Source: a virus. From it: 64,000 bases of DNA. The notes beneath the pieces were generated by a model. That model saw nothing but the letters and a program-made list of their open reading frames with translations. It did no database searches and was not told the origin of the DNA. Positions 38,210-48,212 of the stretch are shown here, one piece after another. Numbering within the stretch: position 1 is the first letter of the stretch; each line of letters starts with the position of its first letter. The position numbers and the translations under genes are program-made. The DNA lies in IMG/VR virus record IMGVR_UViG_3300024999_000075, positions 1-64,000 of that record; one strand, written 5' to 3'.

Positions 38210-38716
38210 ATGTTTGGGGCGACTTACAGAGCCTTTAGAAGGAGCGTCGATGCTGTGTCAGGCAGTAAGGGTGGCGGTTTATATTTGCCTGTAACTGGTC
38301 TTGTTGGTGCCTGGTTGGTAGAAAATGATTTGACCGATTCTATCGGCATATCAAGCATCACGCTGACTACTGGTACAGTCGATGATCTTGCCAATGCATC
38401 GTGGGCTATGCCCTCTGATGCCGTAACGATTCAGGCAGACTCTGATATGGGCGGAGACGTGTTTTTCGATTCGGCAAATGCAATGGCCCCGATAGTGAGG
38501 TTTGGTTATGAGTGGTACGCCCTGCTCAACAATGATTTTGTCTGGATTGGTTTCCACCAATCACGTGGTGGGATTGTAATTTACAGCGCGGATAAATCAG
38601 CGCAGGCGAACAGAATACAAGACTACCTTGGCAGGTATGCACCTGATGCTACGTTCGTTGTTGATGGTGGCGATTTTGTCGTTGATGGCTCAGACTTTAT
38701 AACTGATGGAGTTTAA
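38210..38716 (+). CDS. Hypothetical fibre adaptor-like protein
   Basis: GLVGAW motif; C-terminal FVVDGGD-FVVDGSD-FITDG repeats. Confidence 0.6.
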   Translation: MFGATYRAFRRSVDAVSGSKGGGLYLPVTGLVGAWLVENDLTDSIGISSITLTTGTVDDLANASWAMPSDAVTIQADSDMGGDVFFDSANAMAPIVRFGYEWYALLNNDFVWIGFHQSRGGIVIYSADKSAQANRIQDYLGRYAPDATFVVDGGDFVVDGSDFITDGV

Positions 38717-38719
38717 AAT

Positions 38720-40111
38720 ATGAAAAAGATATTTCCCTTAATATTTACCCTGCTTCTTGCTGGGTCATGTCTAGCCGCAAACGATGACATATCAGACCGA
38801 CCAGAACTCGGAACTGCTACCAGTTCTGATTCGCTGCTTGGGGTTGACGCCTCTGCCGCAGCTGGGGATAGACTCCGCAGAATACTTTTCCAGGGCACAA
38901 ATGGGTATGTCCTGGCGGGTAACGGTACATGGTTTGACCTCACAACTGCTCTAGTCGGAAAACAGGATGTTTCCGCCCTAGTCGGAATCGAAGCCCGCAC
39001 CGGCTTAACCTACACCCCAGCAGCGGGCGAAAATCCGGCATATCTCGACCTTGACGACACCGCAGTAACCCCAGCAGCTTACACCAATGCAAATATCACG
39101 GTTGATCAGCAAGGTCGGGTTACGGCTGCTGAGAGCGGCACTGGTGGGACGGGCATTACGGAGGTCGCAACATTACCCAATCCTCTTGTTGATGGTACTT
39201 TTTATGCGGCAATTGATACAGGTGATTTCACCTATAAGTCTTCAACGGGCTCCTACACGATCACTGGCGCATACACCCCAGATGCAGCGACGTATTCGAT
39301 GACGCTAACCATAGCCGACCTTGATGCAACAGGTGATACTTTCACCGTCGCTAGTGTCCCATACGATGTCGCGGATTCGCCGGCTGTAATCTCTGGTTTA
39401 AATTCCGCAACTGAAGCAATCACATATACCGGGAGCAATACCGCCGATTGTACCGGAACTGCAGTAACGGGCGCGGGACCATGGGCCGTTGATATGTCCG
39501 ACAGTAATGAGTCGGTGAGTTGTTCGATTTCCGTTACTCCTGGCATTTCCGATGATTTCACCGCCGATCAGCTCGCTACTAAGTGGGTTGCTGATCAGGG
39601 AACCTATACAGTATCAGGCGGCGTGCTCAACGCCCCGGCAAGTGCTGCCCAACTGCGTTATGCAACGGCCACAGGAACCATAGATCAGTATGCGAAAATT
39701 AAATACACCGATTCGAACTCCGGCGATGGCGGTGTCCTGCTCCGTGAGACGGGGGCCAGTGGGTATAAGTATAAAGTGTACTACAAAGCCTCGTCAAGCT
39801 ATCTCCAATGGCAGGTATATAATGGTACAGCATGGTCGGCAAACGTAGGCAATACAACGACATTTACGCTCAATGCGGGCGATACTATCGGGTGTACCGT
39901 AACTGGTACAGGTGATGACACTATAGTTCGCGCCTGGATAAATCCCGTAGCCAATGCACCCACGGATATCAGTAGTTGGGATGGTGAGAGCGATGACGCC
40001 GATTATACACTGATCAATAATCCCGTTAACCCCGCAAACACAGGGCTGTACATAGGTATATCCACTACGACCTCCAGGACATTTGATGATTTTTACGGAG
40101 GTTCGAAATGA
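38720..40111 (+). CDS. Signal-peptide-bearing fibre/lectin-like protein
   Basis: MKKIFPLIFTLLLAGSCLA; fibre repeat YTNANITVDQQGRVTA; C-terminal SDDF...FDDFYGG beta-sandwich. Confidence 0.75.
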   Translation: MKKIFPLIFTLLLAGSCLAANDDISDRPELGTATSSDSLLGVDASAAAGDRLRRILFQGTNGYVLAGNGTWFDLTTALVGKQDVSALVGIEARTGLTYTPAAGENPAYLDLDDTAVTPAAYTNANITVDQQGRVTAAESGTGGTGITEVATLPNPLVDGTFYAAIDTGDFTYKSSTGSYTITGAYTPDAATYSMTLTIADLDATGDTFTVASVPYDVADSPAVISGLNSATEAITYTGSNTADCTGTAVTGAGPWAVDMSDSNESVSCSISVTPGISDDFTADQLATKWVADQGTYTVSGGVLNAPASAAQLRYATATGTIDQYAKIKYTDSNSGDGGVLLRETGASGYKYKVYYKASSSYLQWQVYNGTAWSANVGNTTTFTLNAGDTIGCTVTGTGDDTIVRAWINPVANAPTDISSWDGESDDADYTLINNPVNPANTGLYIGISTTTSRTFDDFYGGSK

Positions 40112-43044
40112 TTAAGTGGATTGTTACAATACTGATCACTCTTATTCAGTCATCGGCATTTGCCGTTACGGTGCCACTAACAGTCCAGGAGCGATATAGC
40201 ACAAACAGGACGGATGCACATATCACCTATGGTGTTCCATTCGCCAAGGGCGACAATATCCTGTCAACCGCGAATCTTGGAATAGCCGGGGAAGATGCAC
40301 AGTTCAGGGTTTTATCTCGGTATGATGGCCCTCCGACCGACACAGACAAGCCAATCAGGATGGTGCTGGTTGACTTTCAAGATTCGATTGTTGCGGATGC
40401 GGCCAATAGCTATACTCTGAGCGATTCAGGCCAGGGAGCGGTAGCGGGGAATGATCTTGCTATTGATCGCTCAACATACGTGGAGATTGATACCGGAGCT
40501 GTCAATGCCAGGATCAGTAAAACTTCTGGTAATATTTTTGAAAATATTTGGATAGGTGGTGTTGCCGCCATATCATCCCCGACAGCGGATAAGTGGGTAA
40601 TCGTTTATAACAGCACTACATATTTCTCTTCTCCGACAGCGATAACCATCGAGGAAAACGGCCCCCTTCGCTGCGTCGTGAAGGTCGATGGGGTGTTTAA
40701 GGATGCCACTAACAATAGCTTAATTCCACCAGTGACCAGGATCGGCGAGACTCCTGACACACCGATCAAATATACCATTAGATATACCGCCTATAAAAAC
40801 AAAGGGTACATCAAACTCCAGGCTACATTGCGCAACGAGAATCTTGGCTGGGCCTATAATTCAGCCCAAGCGACTCACAACATAAGCATCACCGAATCAT
40901 ACCTCAAAACAACCATGGATGGGCTTGCAAGCTCAAAAACTGTGGCCTTCAGCGGGTACAGTGATTCGACGACATCCGATACATACGAGCTATTGCAACA
41001 GGAAACATCTGACGGCACAGCACAATCCTATACGTGGGCGTATGCAATTAATAAAAACGCCTCTCCGGTCGCAACCGGAACCAAATATGATAGCTATGCG
41101 GACCTGCGAGATGCCCAAATAGGTTTAATGGTTGCAGACAGATGGTTCTGGCAGAATCATCCCATTGGAATCACGATATCAGGGAACCAAATAAAATTTA
41201 ACCTTTGGCCCGATACCGGGACCGCTCATCGCATTATCGGCGGTATCTGGAAAACGCACGAACTCTTGTATTATTTTCACGGAACCGACGCCTCTTTTGA
41301 TGACGAGTTGGCGCATATTAAGAAAAGACTCATCGCCAGGGCATCGGACGAGTATTACGCTAATACAAATTTTGTCTGGGGGATGTTACCAGAAACAATA
41401 ACATCAAACTATACGTTTCCCGCCGGGGAGCATTTTCAGTATGTGATTGACGCCCAGGCTCAATATCATAGAGCACTGTTTGACGCGGATTATATTGATC
41501 CTGGCAACACCTACACGCCGAACACATTCGATATGTTGCGAGATGGGCGTATGGTCAAACTGACAGCGGCACCGATATATTCGACATGGTACGGATGGCT
41601 GGAGTTCGGTGCGATGCCGTTGACGGCTGGGTATGGGTATCATAATCAGCATTATGATTACACCTTCCTTGCGCTGTCTGGTTTTTTGAGATTCGACGAC
41701 TACAACATGCTTGATATCGCGGAAGAATTACTGCAACACAAGGCTGATATTATAACCATACATGATCCTGACGCGCCAAGTACAGACGCAGGATACGGCT
41801 ATCACGGAGGGCAGAGATACGAGACCGATTCGCTGTTTTCGTACTATGCGGATTACAGCATTAGCGGAAAATCCGATCCGAGAAAATCAGGCCATGCGTG
41901 GTCAAAGGGGATGCAGCTACAGTACTTATTGACCGGCAACCAACTGTACCTCGATGTCGTCGAGCAAATGGGGTTGCATATCCGCAGGCAGCACCAGACT
42001 CCAATGTTTAAAACTGCTGAGACTCGTAATCAGTTTCGGGGTATTGACATACTCGTCAACGAATATCAACTCACCGGGAACCCGTCCGATATTGATGCAG
42101 CATGGGATTTACTGGAAAATTCCCTACTGATTGCCGAGGGCGGGGATTGCACGAACAGAGACGTATTTACAACCTGCACACCTGATGACACGGCTGGATG
42201 GATACCTAACGGGTATGTCAACCAGTATGATTTTGGGGTTGGCGGTGATGCCTGGATGGTCGAGCCTTTGCTGAAATTTTATTATCTATTGCTGAGCGAA
42301 GGAGAGACAACAAAGGCCAGTACTCTCAAGGATTTTTTCCTGCGCTGGGCACCGATCATCGAGACGATGATCAACATCGAGGGCGACCAGGGGACATACA
42401 GATACGATAACGCTGAGTACATGCCGTATGTCGGCAGAATCGGCTACTATGTCGGTGTTGGCTATTCGACCTACGGGACCAATTACACCAATATCAACTA
42501 CGCATATTTGCAACCATATTCGGAACTGTTCACCTTCCTGTACTTGAACGCGCCGAGCAACAACCAGCATTATCTAGATGTTGCGATGAACATCGAAAAG
42601 GACTGCCGAATTTACACATCAACAGCCGATGTTTTTTATCCTGTATCTGACGATACTATTGCAAAGATCGGAGGGTTTCAAACCGCTCAGTCCATTACTT
42701 CAGGATCGTTTAAAATACCAAAATTCCTGACGAAATCAACATTACTGTTGCGGACCATATCAGGGCTGAGTGCGGTGCCGGATGATCCAGTGTGTGATTC
42801 GAGCCACCTGTCGCTGTGCGCATCGGAAAACTGTGCCGGGGCTGGGGGAAATTGGTGTACCGATGTTTGCCAAGTGGCAGCCTGCGAGGCAGAACCGACC
42901 TGCGCTGACCTAACTCAAAACGGCGATGAAACGGGGATCGACTGTGGCGGTTCATGCCCTAATGACTGTTCCGCGCCCGCAGGGTGGCGATCAGTGTTTA
43001 TGATTAATGGCGATGCTGTCCAACTTATTGAGGAAACACCATAA
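40108..43044 (+). CDS. Secreted polysaccharide lyase-like protein (PcRGLX/YetA-like)
   Basis: Signal peptide ending AFA; TYGVPF, EENGPLR, FWQNHP, WKTHE, GWLEFG, NQHYD, YLLTG; Cys-rich tail QNGDETGIDCGGSC. Confidence 0.7.
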   Translation: MIKWIVTILITLIQSSAFAVTVPLTVQERYSTNRTDAHITYGVPFAKGDNILSTANLGIAGEDAQFRVLSRYDGPPTDTDKPIRMVLVDFQDSIVADAANSYTLSDSGQGAVAGNDLAIDRSTYVEIDTGAVNARISKTSGNIFENIWIGGVAAISSPTADKWVIVYNSTTYFSSPTAITIEENGPLRCVVKVDGVFKDATNNSLIPPVTRIGETPDTPIKYTIRYTAYKNKGYIKLQATLRNENLGWAYNSAQATHNISITESYLKTTMDGLASSKTVAFSGYSDSTTSDTYELLQQETSDGTAQSYTWAYAINKNASPVATGTKYDSYADLRDAQIGLMVADRWFWQNHPIGITISGNQIKFNLWPDTGTAHRIIGGIWKTHELLYYFHGTDASFDDELAHIKKRLIARASDEYYANTNFVWGMLPETITSNYTFPAGEHFQYVIDAQAQYHRALFDADYIDPGNTYTPNTFDMLRDGRMVKLTAAPIYSTWYGWLEFGAMPLTAGYGYHNQHYDYTFLALSGFLRFDDYNMLDIAEELLQHKADIITIHDPDAPSTDAGYGYHGGQRYETDSLFSYYADYSISGKSDPRKSGHAWSKGMQLQYLLTGNQLYLDVVEQMGLHIRRQHQTPMFKTAETRNQFRGIDILVNEYQLTGNPSDIDAAWDLLENSLLIAEGGDCTNRDVFTTCTPDDTAGWIPNGYVNQYDFGVGGDAWMVEPLLKFYYLLLSEGETTKASTLKDFFLRWAPIIETMINIEGDQGTYRYDNAEYMPYVGRIGYYVGVGYSTYGTNYTNINYAYLQPYSELFTFLYLNAPSNNQHYLDVAMNIEKDCRIYTSTADVFYPVSDDTIAKIGGFQTAQSITSGSFKIPKFLTKSTLLLRTISGLSAVPDDPVCDSSHLSLCASENCAGAGGNWCTDVCQVAACEAEPTCADLTQNGDETGIDCGGSCPNDCSAPAGWRSVFMINGDAVQLIEETP

Positions 43045-43090
43045 AAAGTCGGTACAGCCGGTGACTGATAAGAAACTACTATCGAGCAAA

Positions 43091-43243
43091 ATGAAAATAA
43101 CATTAATAATAGTGACATTGTTTATCATTATCTCTGCGTGTTTACACCAGTGGCACCAAGCTGTAGTAGCGCAAGATCTACATGATACCCTACAACTGAA
43201 AGCCTACTATGAGCGGATGGCCAGGGAGTATCCCGCCCAATGA
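43091..43243 (+). CDS. Small single-TM protein
   Basis: MKITLIIVTLFIIISAC; overlaps endolysin start. Confidence 0.55.
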   Translation: MKITLIIVTLFIIISACLHQWHQAVVAQDLHDTLQLKAYYERMAREYPAQ

Positions 43244-43746
43244 CAGAACAAGATAAAAAACTCCTGGCCTTCACCTTCATGTATGATCACGAAGGTGGGA
43301 CCAGTTATGATGTCAATGATCGTGGTGGTCTTACGAGATTCGGTATCTGCAAGAAACAGTACCCGGATGTGGACATAGCCAATCTTACCAAAGAACTAGC
43401 TGATCAGATCTATACCAGAGACTACTGGCTAAAGAACAAATGTCACCTGATGCCTGCTCCCATAGCCATAGTTGTATTTGATTCCTCTGTTAACTGTGGT
43501 GTTGGCTCCGGCGCGACCTGGCTCCAAAAAGCTATTAACTCTCAGGGTGACAATATTAAAGTGGATGGTGTAATAGGACCAATGACTCTAGCCAAATTAG
43601 ACAGTTGTAACCCTCACAATATAGCTGGTAAGATAATAGCTTATCGTCTTAGAAGATACTCCAAACTCATCTCCAGAGATCCCAGTCAGAGGGGGTTTAT
43701 AACTAGCTGGATAAACAGAGCTGCTGACCTTCTTGAATATATTTAG
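43240..43746 (+). CDS. Endolysin, glycoside hydrolase family 108
   Basis: HEGG...DRGGLTRFGI, IYTRDYW, FDSSVNCG, VDGVIGPMT, WINR. Confidence 0.92.
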   Translation: MTEQDKKLLAFTFMYDHEGGTSYDVNDRGGLTRFGICKKQYPDVDIANLTKELADQIYTRDYWLKNKCHLMPAPIAIVVFDSSVNCGVGSGATWLQKAINSQGDNIKVDGVIGPMTLAKLDSCNPHNIAGKIIAYRLRRYSKLISRDPSQRGFITSWINRAADLLEYI

Positions 43747-43792
43747 TTGTATTGTGGGCAAGTCTCTGGTAGTATTAAATAAAACTTGAGAC

Positions 43793-44653
43793 ATGATGAG
43801 AAAACATTTAGTCATCCCTGACACTCAGATCACGCCCACCTCCCCTAAAGACCACCTCTCCTGGATCGGTCAGTACATCCTTGAAAAGAAGCCTGATGTC
43901 ATAGTCAACCTTGGAGACTTTGCTGATATGGAAAGTCTCTCCAGCTACGACAAAGGTAAGCTTAAGGCTGAGGGCAAAAGATACAAGAAAGATATTGAAG
44001 CTGCCAAGGAAGGCATGGAGCTTCTGCTTGGCCCTATGCGTAGGTATAATGCCAGGAGGAAGACGTGCAAGAAGAAAGGGTATAACCCTGAAATGCACCT
44101 AACTATTGGTAATCATGAACAAAGAATCACAAGGGCTGTTGAGTCTGATGCTGCTATGGAAGGCTTCATGTCTATTGATGATCTTGAGTATGAGAAATTT
44201 GGCTGGCAAGTACACCCTTTCTTGGAAATTGTTGAATTAGATGGAATTAGTTATTCTCACTACTTTTATAACCCCTTATCCGGTCGCCCTTATGGAGGAT
44301 ATTCAATTGACACTATGCTCAAAAATCTCGGCTTCAGTTTCGTACAGGGGCATAGACAACAGTATCTAGTAGGTAATAGATCACTCAATAACGGACGAAT
44401 AATTCGCGGTTTAATCAATGGTTCCGCGTACTTACACAATGAGGATTATCGTGGGCCTCAAGCTAACGGGGAAATGAGAGCAGTTTTTCTCCTGCATGAA
44501 GTAGACGAAGGTAATTACATGCTCACCGAAATCTCCCTCGATTTTCTGTGTAGGAAGTATGAGGGAGTCCATCTGTGGCAGTTCATGAAAAATAAATATC
44601 CAGAGATATACAAGCAGTCACCTTGGATGGTAAGGCAGGAGACTAGAAGTTGA
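43793..44653 (+). CDS. Calcineurin-like metallophosphoesterase
   Basis: IPDTQ, LGDFADM, GNHE, QGH. Confidence 0.88.
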   Translation: MMRKHLVIPDTQITPTSPKDHLSWIGQYILEKKPDVIVNLGDFADMESLSSYDKGKLKAEGKRYKKDIEAAKEGMELLLGPMRRYNARRKTCKKKGYNPEMHLTIGNHEQRITRAVESDAAMEGFMSIDDLEYEKFGWQVHPFLEIVELDGISYSHYFYNPLSGRPYGGYSIDTMLKNLGFSFVQGHRQQYLVGNRSLNNGRIIRGLINGSAYLHNEDYRGPQANGEMRAVFLLHEVDEGNYMLTEISLDFLCRKYEGVHLWQFMKNKYPEIYKQSPWMVRQETRS

Positions 44654-44713
44654 GGGGAGTATTCCCTCCCCTCAAATTTTAATCAGTCTACTTGGATGAA
44701 ACGGAGGGAGGCT

Positions 44714-45250
44714 TTAGCGAAGTAACCCCTCCTTAATCAGCTGTCTCTTCATGTATTCTAATCCACCTGTATTATCTATCACAATGTCTCCAGGCATCAC
44801 CTTGACTCCTCTCTCAGACTTGTGGTTGAGAAACCTCTCCCACCACTTTTTCTTGTAAACTTTACCACCTTTTCTTCCTGTGATGTGTACTACAACCCCT
44901 CCCATATCCCTTGCTAACTGTGCTTCAGTAGGGAAGCGGCAGTCATCAATAGCATGATTGCCAGAGAATCTCTCAATATCAACCTTCATCAGGTGCTCCC
45001 ACAATCCTGGTACAGTCTTCCTCACAAATTCAGTTCCGAACTGCTGCATGACGCTCCTTGGAGATACTCCATAGCGGGGGTCGATTGCCTCCTTCCCCTC
45101 CCATGTTTTCAGTTGATGATCAGAGAAATCAAAGAGATCCTTCAAACATTTCTTGAGGGGTGTAGCAAATGAAACCACCCTATAATTTCCAAGCATCCTG
45201 GCAGCTGTGGTCTTGCCACACCCTTTTGGTCCTGTAAAAGCTACTATCAT
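44714..45250 (-). CDS. Deoxynucleoside monophosphate kinase
   Basis: GPKGCGKTT, SFATPLK, PRSVMQQFGTE, DDCRFPTE. Confidence 0.9.
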   Translation of the reverse strand: MIVAFTGPKGCGKTTAARMLGNYRVVSFATPLKKCLKDLFDFSDHQLKTWEGKEAIDPRYGVSPRSVMQQFGTEFVRKTVPGLWEHLMKVDIERFSGNHAIDDCRFPTEAQLARDMGGVVVHITGRKGGKVYKKKWWERFLNHKSERGVKVMPGDIVIDNTGGLEYMKRQLIKEGLLR

Positions 45251-45704
45251 TTCTTTTCTTTCTCCTCTACTAACTCTATTATCTTCTGAGCAACTTCTTC
45301 AAGATTGACGAGGTCATGGCAAGGCCCGCTCCAATTATGGCCTTCATCTATTTCTATCCACTTATAAATACACCTTGCTATCTCATCTACTGTTACTTTC
45401 ATTTCTCCCCCTTCGGATACATCTCATCAACTGTTGTCAAGAAAGATGAGTAGTCATCTTTATCTAGCCAGAACTCACCATGTTCGCCAATGAACAGAAT
45501 TGCCTTCAGGGTTTCAATTTCTTCTAAGTCTAAGTCAGTTACCATCATTCCCCACCTCCACCAGTTTCATCAATCTCTTCTCAGCCAGCACCAAACACCC
45601 ATAGACTTCAAGAATCTTCTCATGTTCTTTAGGTGGTATCTTAGCTGTCCTTCCGATGTCGGAAGCCATCATCTTCGCCGAAGTTATTTTAATGAGTAAG
45701 TCTT

Positions 45705-45887
45705 TCATATAAACCCCTTTTCAATAGCTACCCATTCAGGGATAGAGATCTCAACGCCAAAGACTTCATCGTCTTCTATCTCTTCTTCAATGAGACTTCT
45801 TGGTATCCAATCTTGGACATCGCCATCGTCTACATAAACAGCTCCCTTACTTCTCCGGATGATATCTACAGTGATTTCAACTCTCAT
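45705..45887 (-). CDS. Hypothetical protein
   Basis: WIPRSLI...IPEWVAIEKG common phage motif. Confidence 0.7.
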   Translation of the reverse strand: MRVEITVDIIRRSKGAVYVDDGDVQDWIPRSLIEEEIEDDEVFGVEISIPEWVAIEKGFI

Positions 45888-46054
45888 CTTCAGTCTCCTT
45901 GATTACACCCCAATAAATAAAGCCACAATTCTCTTCCCTACACAGGCTAGTTTCATTCTCCCAGCTAGGATGGACAACTAGGCATCTTCCTGACCTTCTC
46001 CAAGGACAATCCACTGATTTTTCTTCAAAGTTTTTAAGCATTTTCTATAACCTC

Positions 46055-46960
46055 TCAATATTTAGTTATATCGTTAATATCGCGCATCCCCTTAGCAATT
46101 GGCTGGCGGGGAGCATTGATGCTTCCGTATTTCTGATACTTATAAGTCCACAGACTGCCCATGAACTTATTCTGATTGTCCCAGATATATTTACGGACAT
46201 TATCCGTCAAGCCTATGCCTGTACCAATGGCAAATGGCTCATCCCATAGAGCTGACTTGACCACCAAGGCACCAAGAGTTCCTTTACCGACCTTGTTCTC
46301 CTTATGGGCTGATCTGACATTCAATCCTAATTCGTTAGTATAAACTTCATTGCCATTGAGCATCTGCTCCTCAAAGCCTATCACCACACACTCGTCATCT
46401 TCTACAGGTTTTCTCTTGAATATATTCATCTCTTTGAATGTACACCTGCCTTGTTTGTATCGCCCCTCTCTGGTCCTGATCATGCCACCTTCGTAATCGT
46501 TGTCCACACACCACTGAGTAAAATCTATGACAGCTTGAGGATCTCCCAACAGCTTTTGTTCAAGCACTTGTACTCCAGGAGGGAGGATACTTTCATTCAG
46601 CAGATCTAATCTCACCCCATATGGCAAACTCAAGTCACAAGCTATATTGTCAAATACATAGAAAGTAAAGTCAGGTTCTCCAACCTTACGCCTTACTGGT
46701 CCGGTAGTATTGTTGAAAACATCTGGATCATTGGGAGCACCTACAATTAACTCCCCATCCAGACCACTGTATTCTGGTTGGGATAAGATGCCTTGAATGT
46801 AGTCATTTGTTATCTTCTTCATTGAAGAGGTAAAAGCACCATTCATAGTTGTGCATCGGTAACCATCAAGCTTGACACTCCCGTAAACTGGATATGGTAG
46901 CATGTCTAACTGCTCATCAGTGATACTGGTACTCGGTGCCTTCATGGGTTTCTTGATCAT
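46055..46960 (-). CDS. ATP-dependent DNA ligase
   Basis: KLDGYR, LDGEL, FYVFD, EGGMIR; start moved to MIKKPM behind GGAGGAG RBS. Confidence 0.92.
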   Translation of the reverse strand: MIKKPMKAPSTSITDEQLDMLPYPVYGSVKLDGYRCTTMNGAFTSSMKKITNDYIQGILSQPEYSGLDGELIVGAPNDPDVFNNTTGPVRRKVGEPDFTFYVFDNIACDLSLPYGVRLDLLNESILPPGVQVLEQKLLGDPQAVIDFTQWCVDNDYEGGMIRTREGRYKQGRCTFKEMNIFKRKPVEDDECVVIGFEEQMLNGNEVYTNELGLNVRSAHKENKVGKGTLGALVVKSALWDEPFAIGTGIGLTDNVRKYIWDNQNKFMGSLWTYKYQKYGSINAPRQPIAKGMRDINDITKY

Positions 46961-46981
46961 TTCTATTCTCCTCCACGGTTT

Positions 46982-47073
46982 AAAAAGAAAAAGCCTGAAA
47001 CGGACTACCCGTTTCAGGCTTGCAGGATTTTTATCACCGCAGCCCGATGAGAGTCTGTTACCACAGTGATAAA
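46982..47073 (-). ncRNA. Candidate ~90-nt sRNA or attenuator leader
   Basis: Promoter upstream, 13-bp stem with three G-U pairs, then 13-bp terminator stem with U-tract. Confidence 0.5.
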
Positions 47074-47077
47074 TATT

Positions 47078-47106
47078 TATATAGCCTAAGGCCAAACTAA
47101 TGTCAA
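47078..47106 (-). promoter_or_regulatory. Sigma70-type promoter
   Basis: TTGACA-N17-TATATA. Confidence 0.65.
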
Positions 47107-47390
47107 GCTTTTTTAACTTGCTCCATCTCAATCGTAAGCTGGCCAATCTTCTTATATAGTGCGCCAAGCTGCTCATCACAATCACATCCTGGAGCTGGGT
47201 CTTCAGCTTTGGCGAAGATCTCGTGTAGCCTGTCTATAGCCTCCTTCTTCCAGGTACTTACTGTCACCGGGTGGATGTCATGTTCAGTTGCGATTTCAGC
47301 TATAGTGGTTGCTCCTATCAGTGCTTGGATGGCCACATCCGCCTTGAACTTCGCTGGGTATCTGGCTCGTTTTCTAGTTGTTGTCTCCAT
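47103..47390 (-). CDS. Stand-alone IS3-family OrfA-like HTH protein
   Basis: YPAKFKADVAIQAL...IAEIATEHDIHPVTVSTWKK...LYKKIGQLTIE; no OrfB; own GGAGGAG RBS. Confidence 0.8.
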   Translation of the reverse strand: METTTRKRARYPAKFKADVAIQALIGATTIAEIATEHDIHPVTVSTWKKEAIDRLHEIFAKAEDPAPGCDCDEQLGALYKKIGQLTIEMEQVKKA

Positions 47391-47488
47391 GGTTGTCTCC
47401 TCCATCTGGGGTTGTTTACTCGGCCTATAACATTCACAATGGTAAGACTTGTGAACATTACAGTACCCACTACTATCAACTATATCAG

Positions 47489-48212
47489 TCATTCATTCTC
47501 CTCCTTCAGTCCCTCTCTAATAGTCCATGCTAAACCAAGGACGTATCTGTCACTGACAGGCTTCTTGTTTATCAGCCGGTTAAGTGTTCCTGAACACACC
47601 TCAGCCAGCCTGTTACTTTCAATAGCACAGCTGGCGAAGGCACCGTGCCATTTCATTAGCTCTTCAAGCGGGAGGCTCCTTACAAAGTCTAATGCCTCTA
47701 GTGCTGCTGGATGTGGCTCACCTGTAAGGAGTGTGGATTTGTCTTCAGTCATGTTCATTTTCCTTCTGGTTGGCTAGGAGATGTTCCGTTTACCACATCA
47801 TCTAAGATTATAGGCATGACAGCATCAGCAAATCTCTCTGCCTCCCACACTGACTTACATCTATTCACCAGATGTGGATATGTAATACTATTAAACTCAG
47901 CTGTTTCAAAGTTTGGGTTTCTTTCTCCGTGAATTACTCCTCCGCGAAAGCCACAAATCAAACCAAATACAATGCCCGTTAATAGTAGTGCATACTCTCT
48001 TCCAGTCATATTTCAATCACCTAATAATATGTCAACTTTTTAACAGCTTTACTAAAAGTATCAAAATCTATGGAACAGCCCATTGCACCCCAGTCAAAAT
48101 CCAAATACGAGTAATCTTCATATAGGGTTTTGATCTCCAGTTGAGACATGCCAGGATGTAAACGTTTACCATACAGTCTGCGGATTTCTCTTATTGCTTG
48201 TTCAATATTCAT
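47489..48212 (-). CDS. Three short hypothetical ORFs (47489-47758, 47755-48009, 48021-48212)
   Basis: Overlapping co-oriented ORFs. Confidence 0.6.

Noticed and set aside
34614-43044. Diversity-generating retroelement acting on fibre genes
   Set aside because: No reverse transcriptase and no template/variable repeat pair seen
46961-47185. 75-codon upstream extension of ligase or OrfA-ligase fusion
   Set aside because: Needs a +1 shift, crosses a terminator, and the ligase has its own strong RBS at 46960
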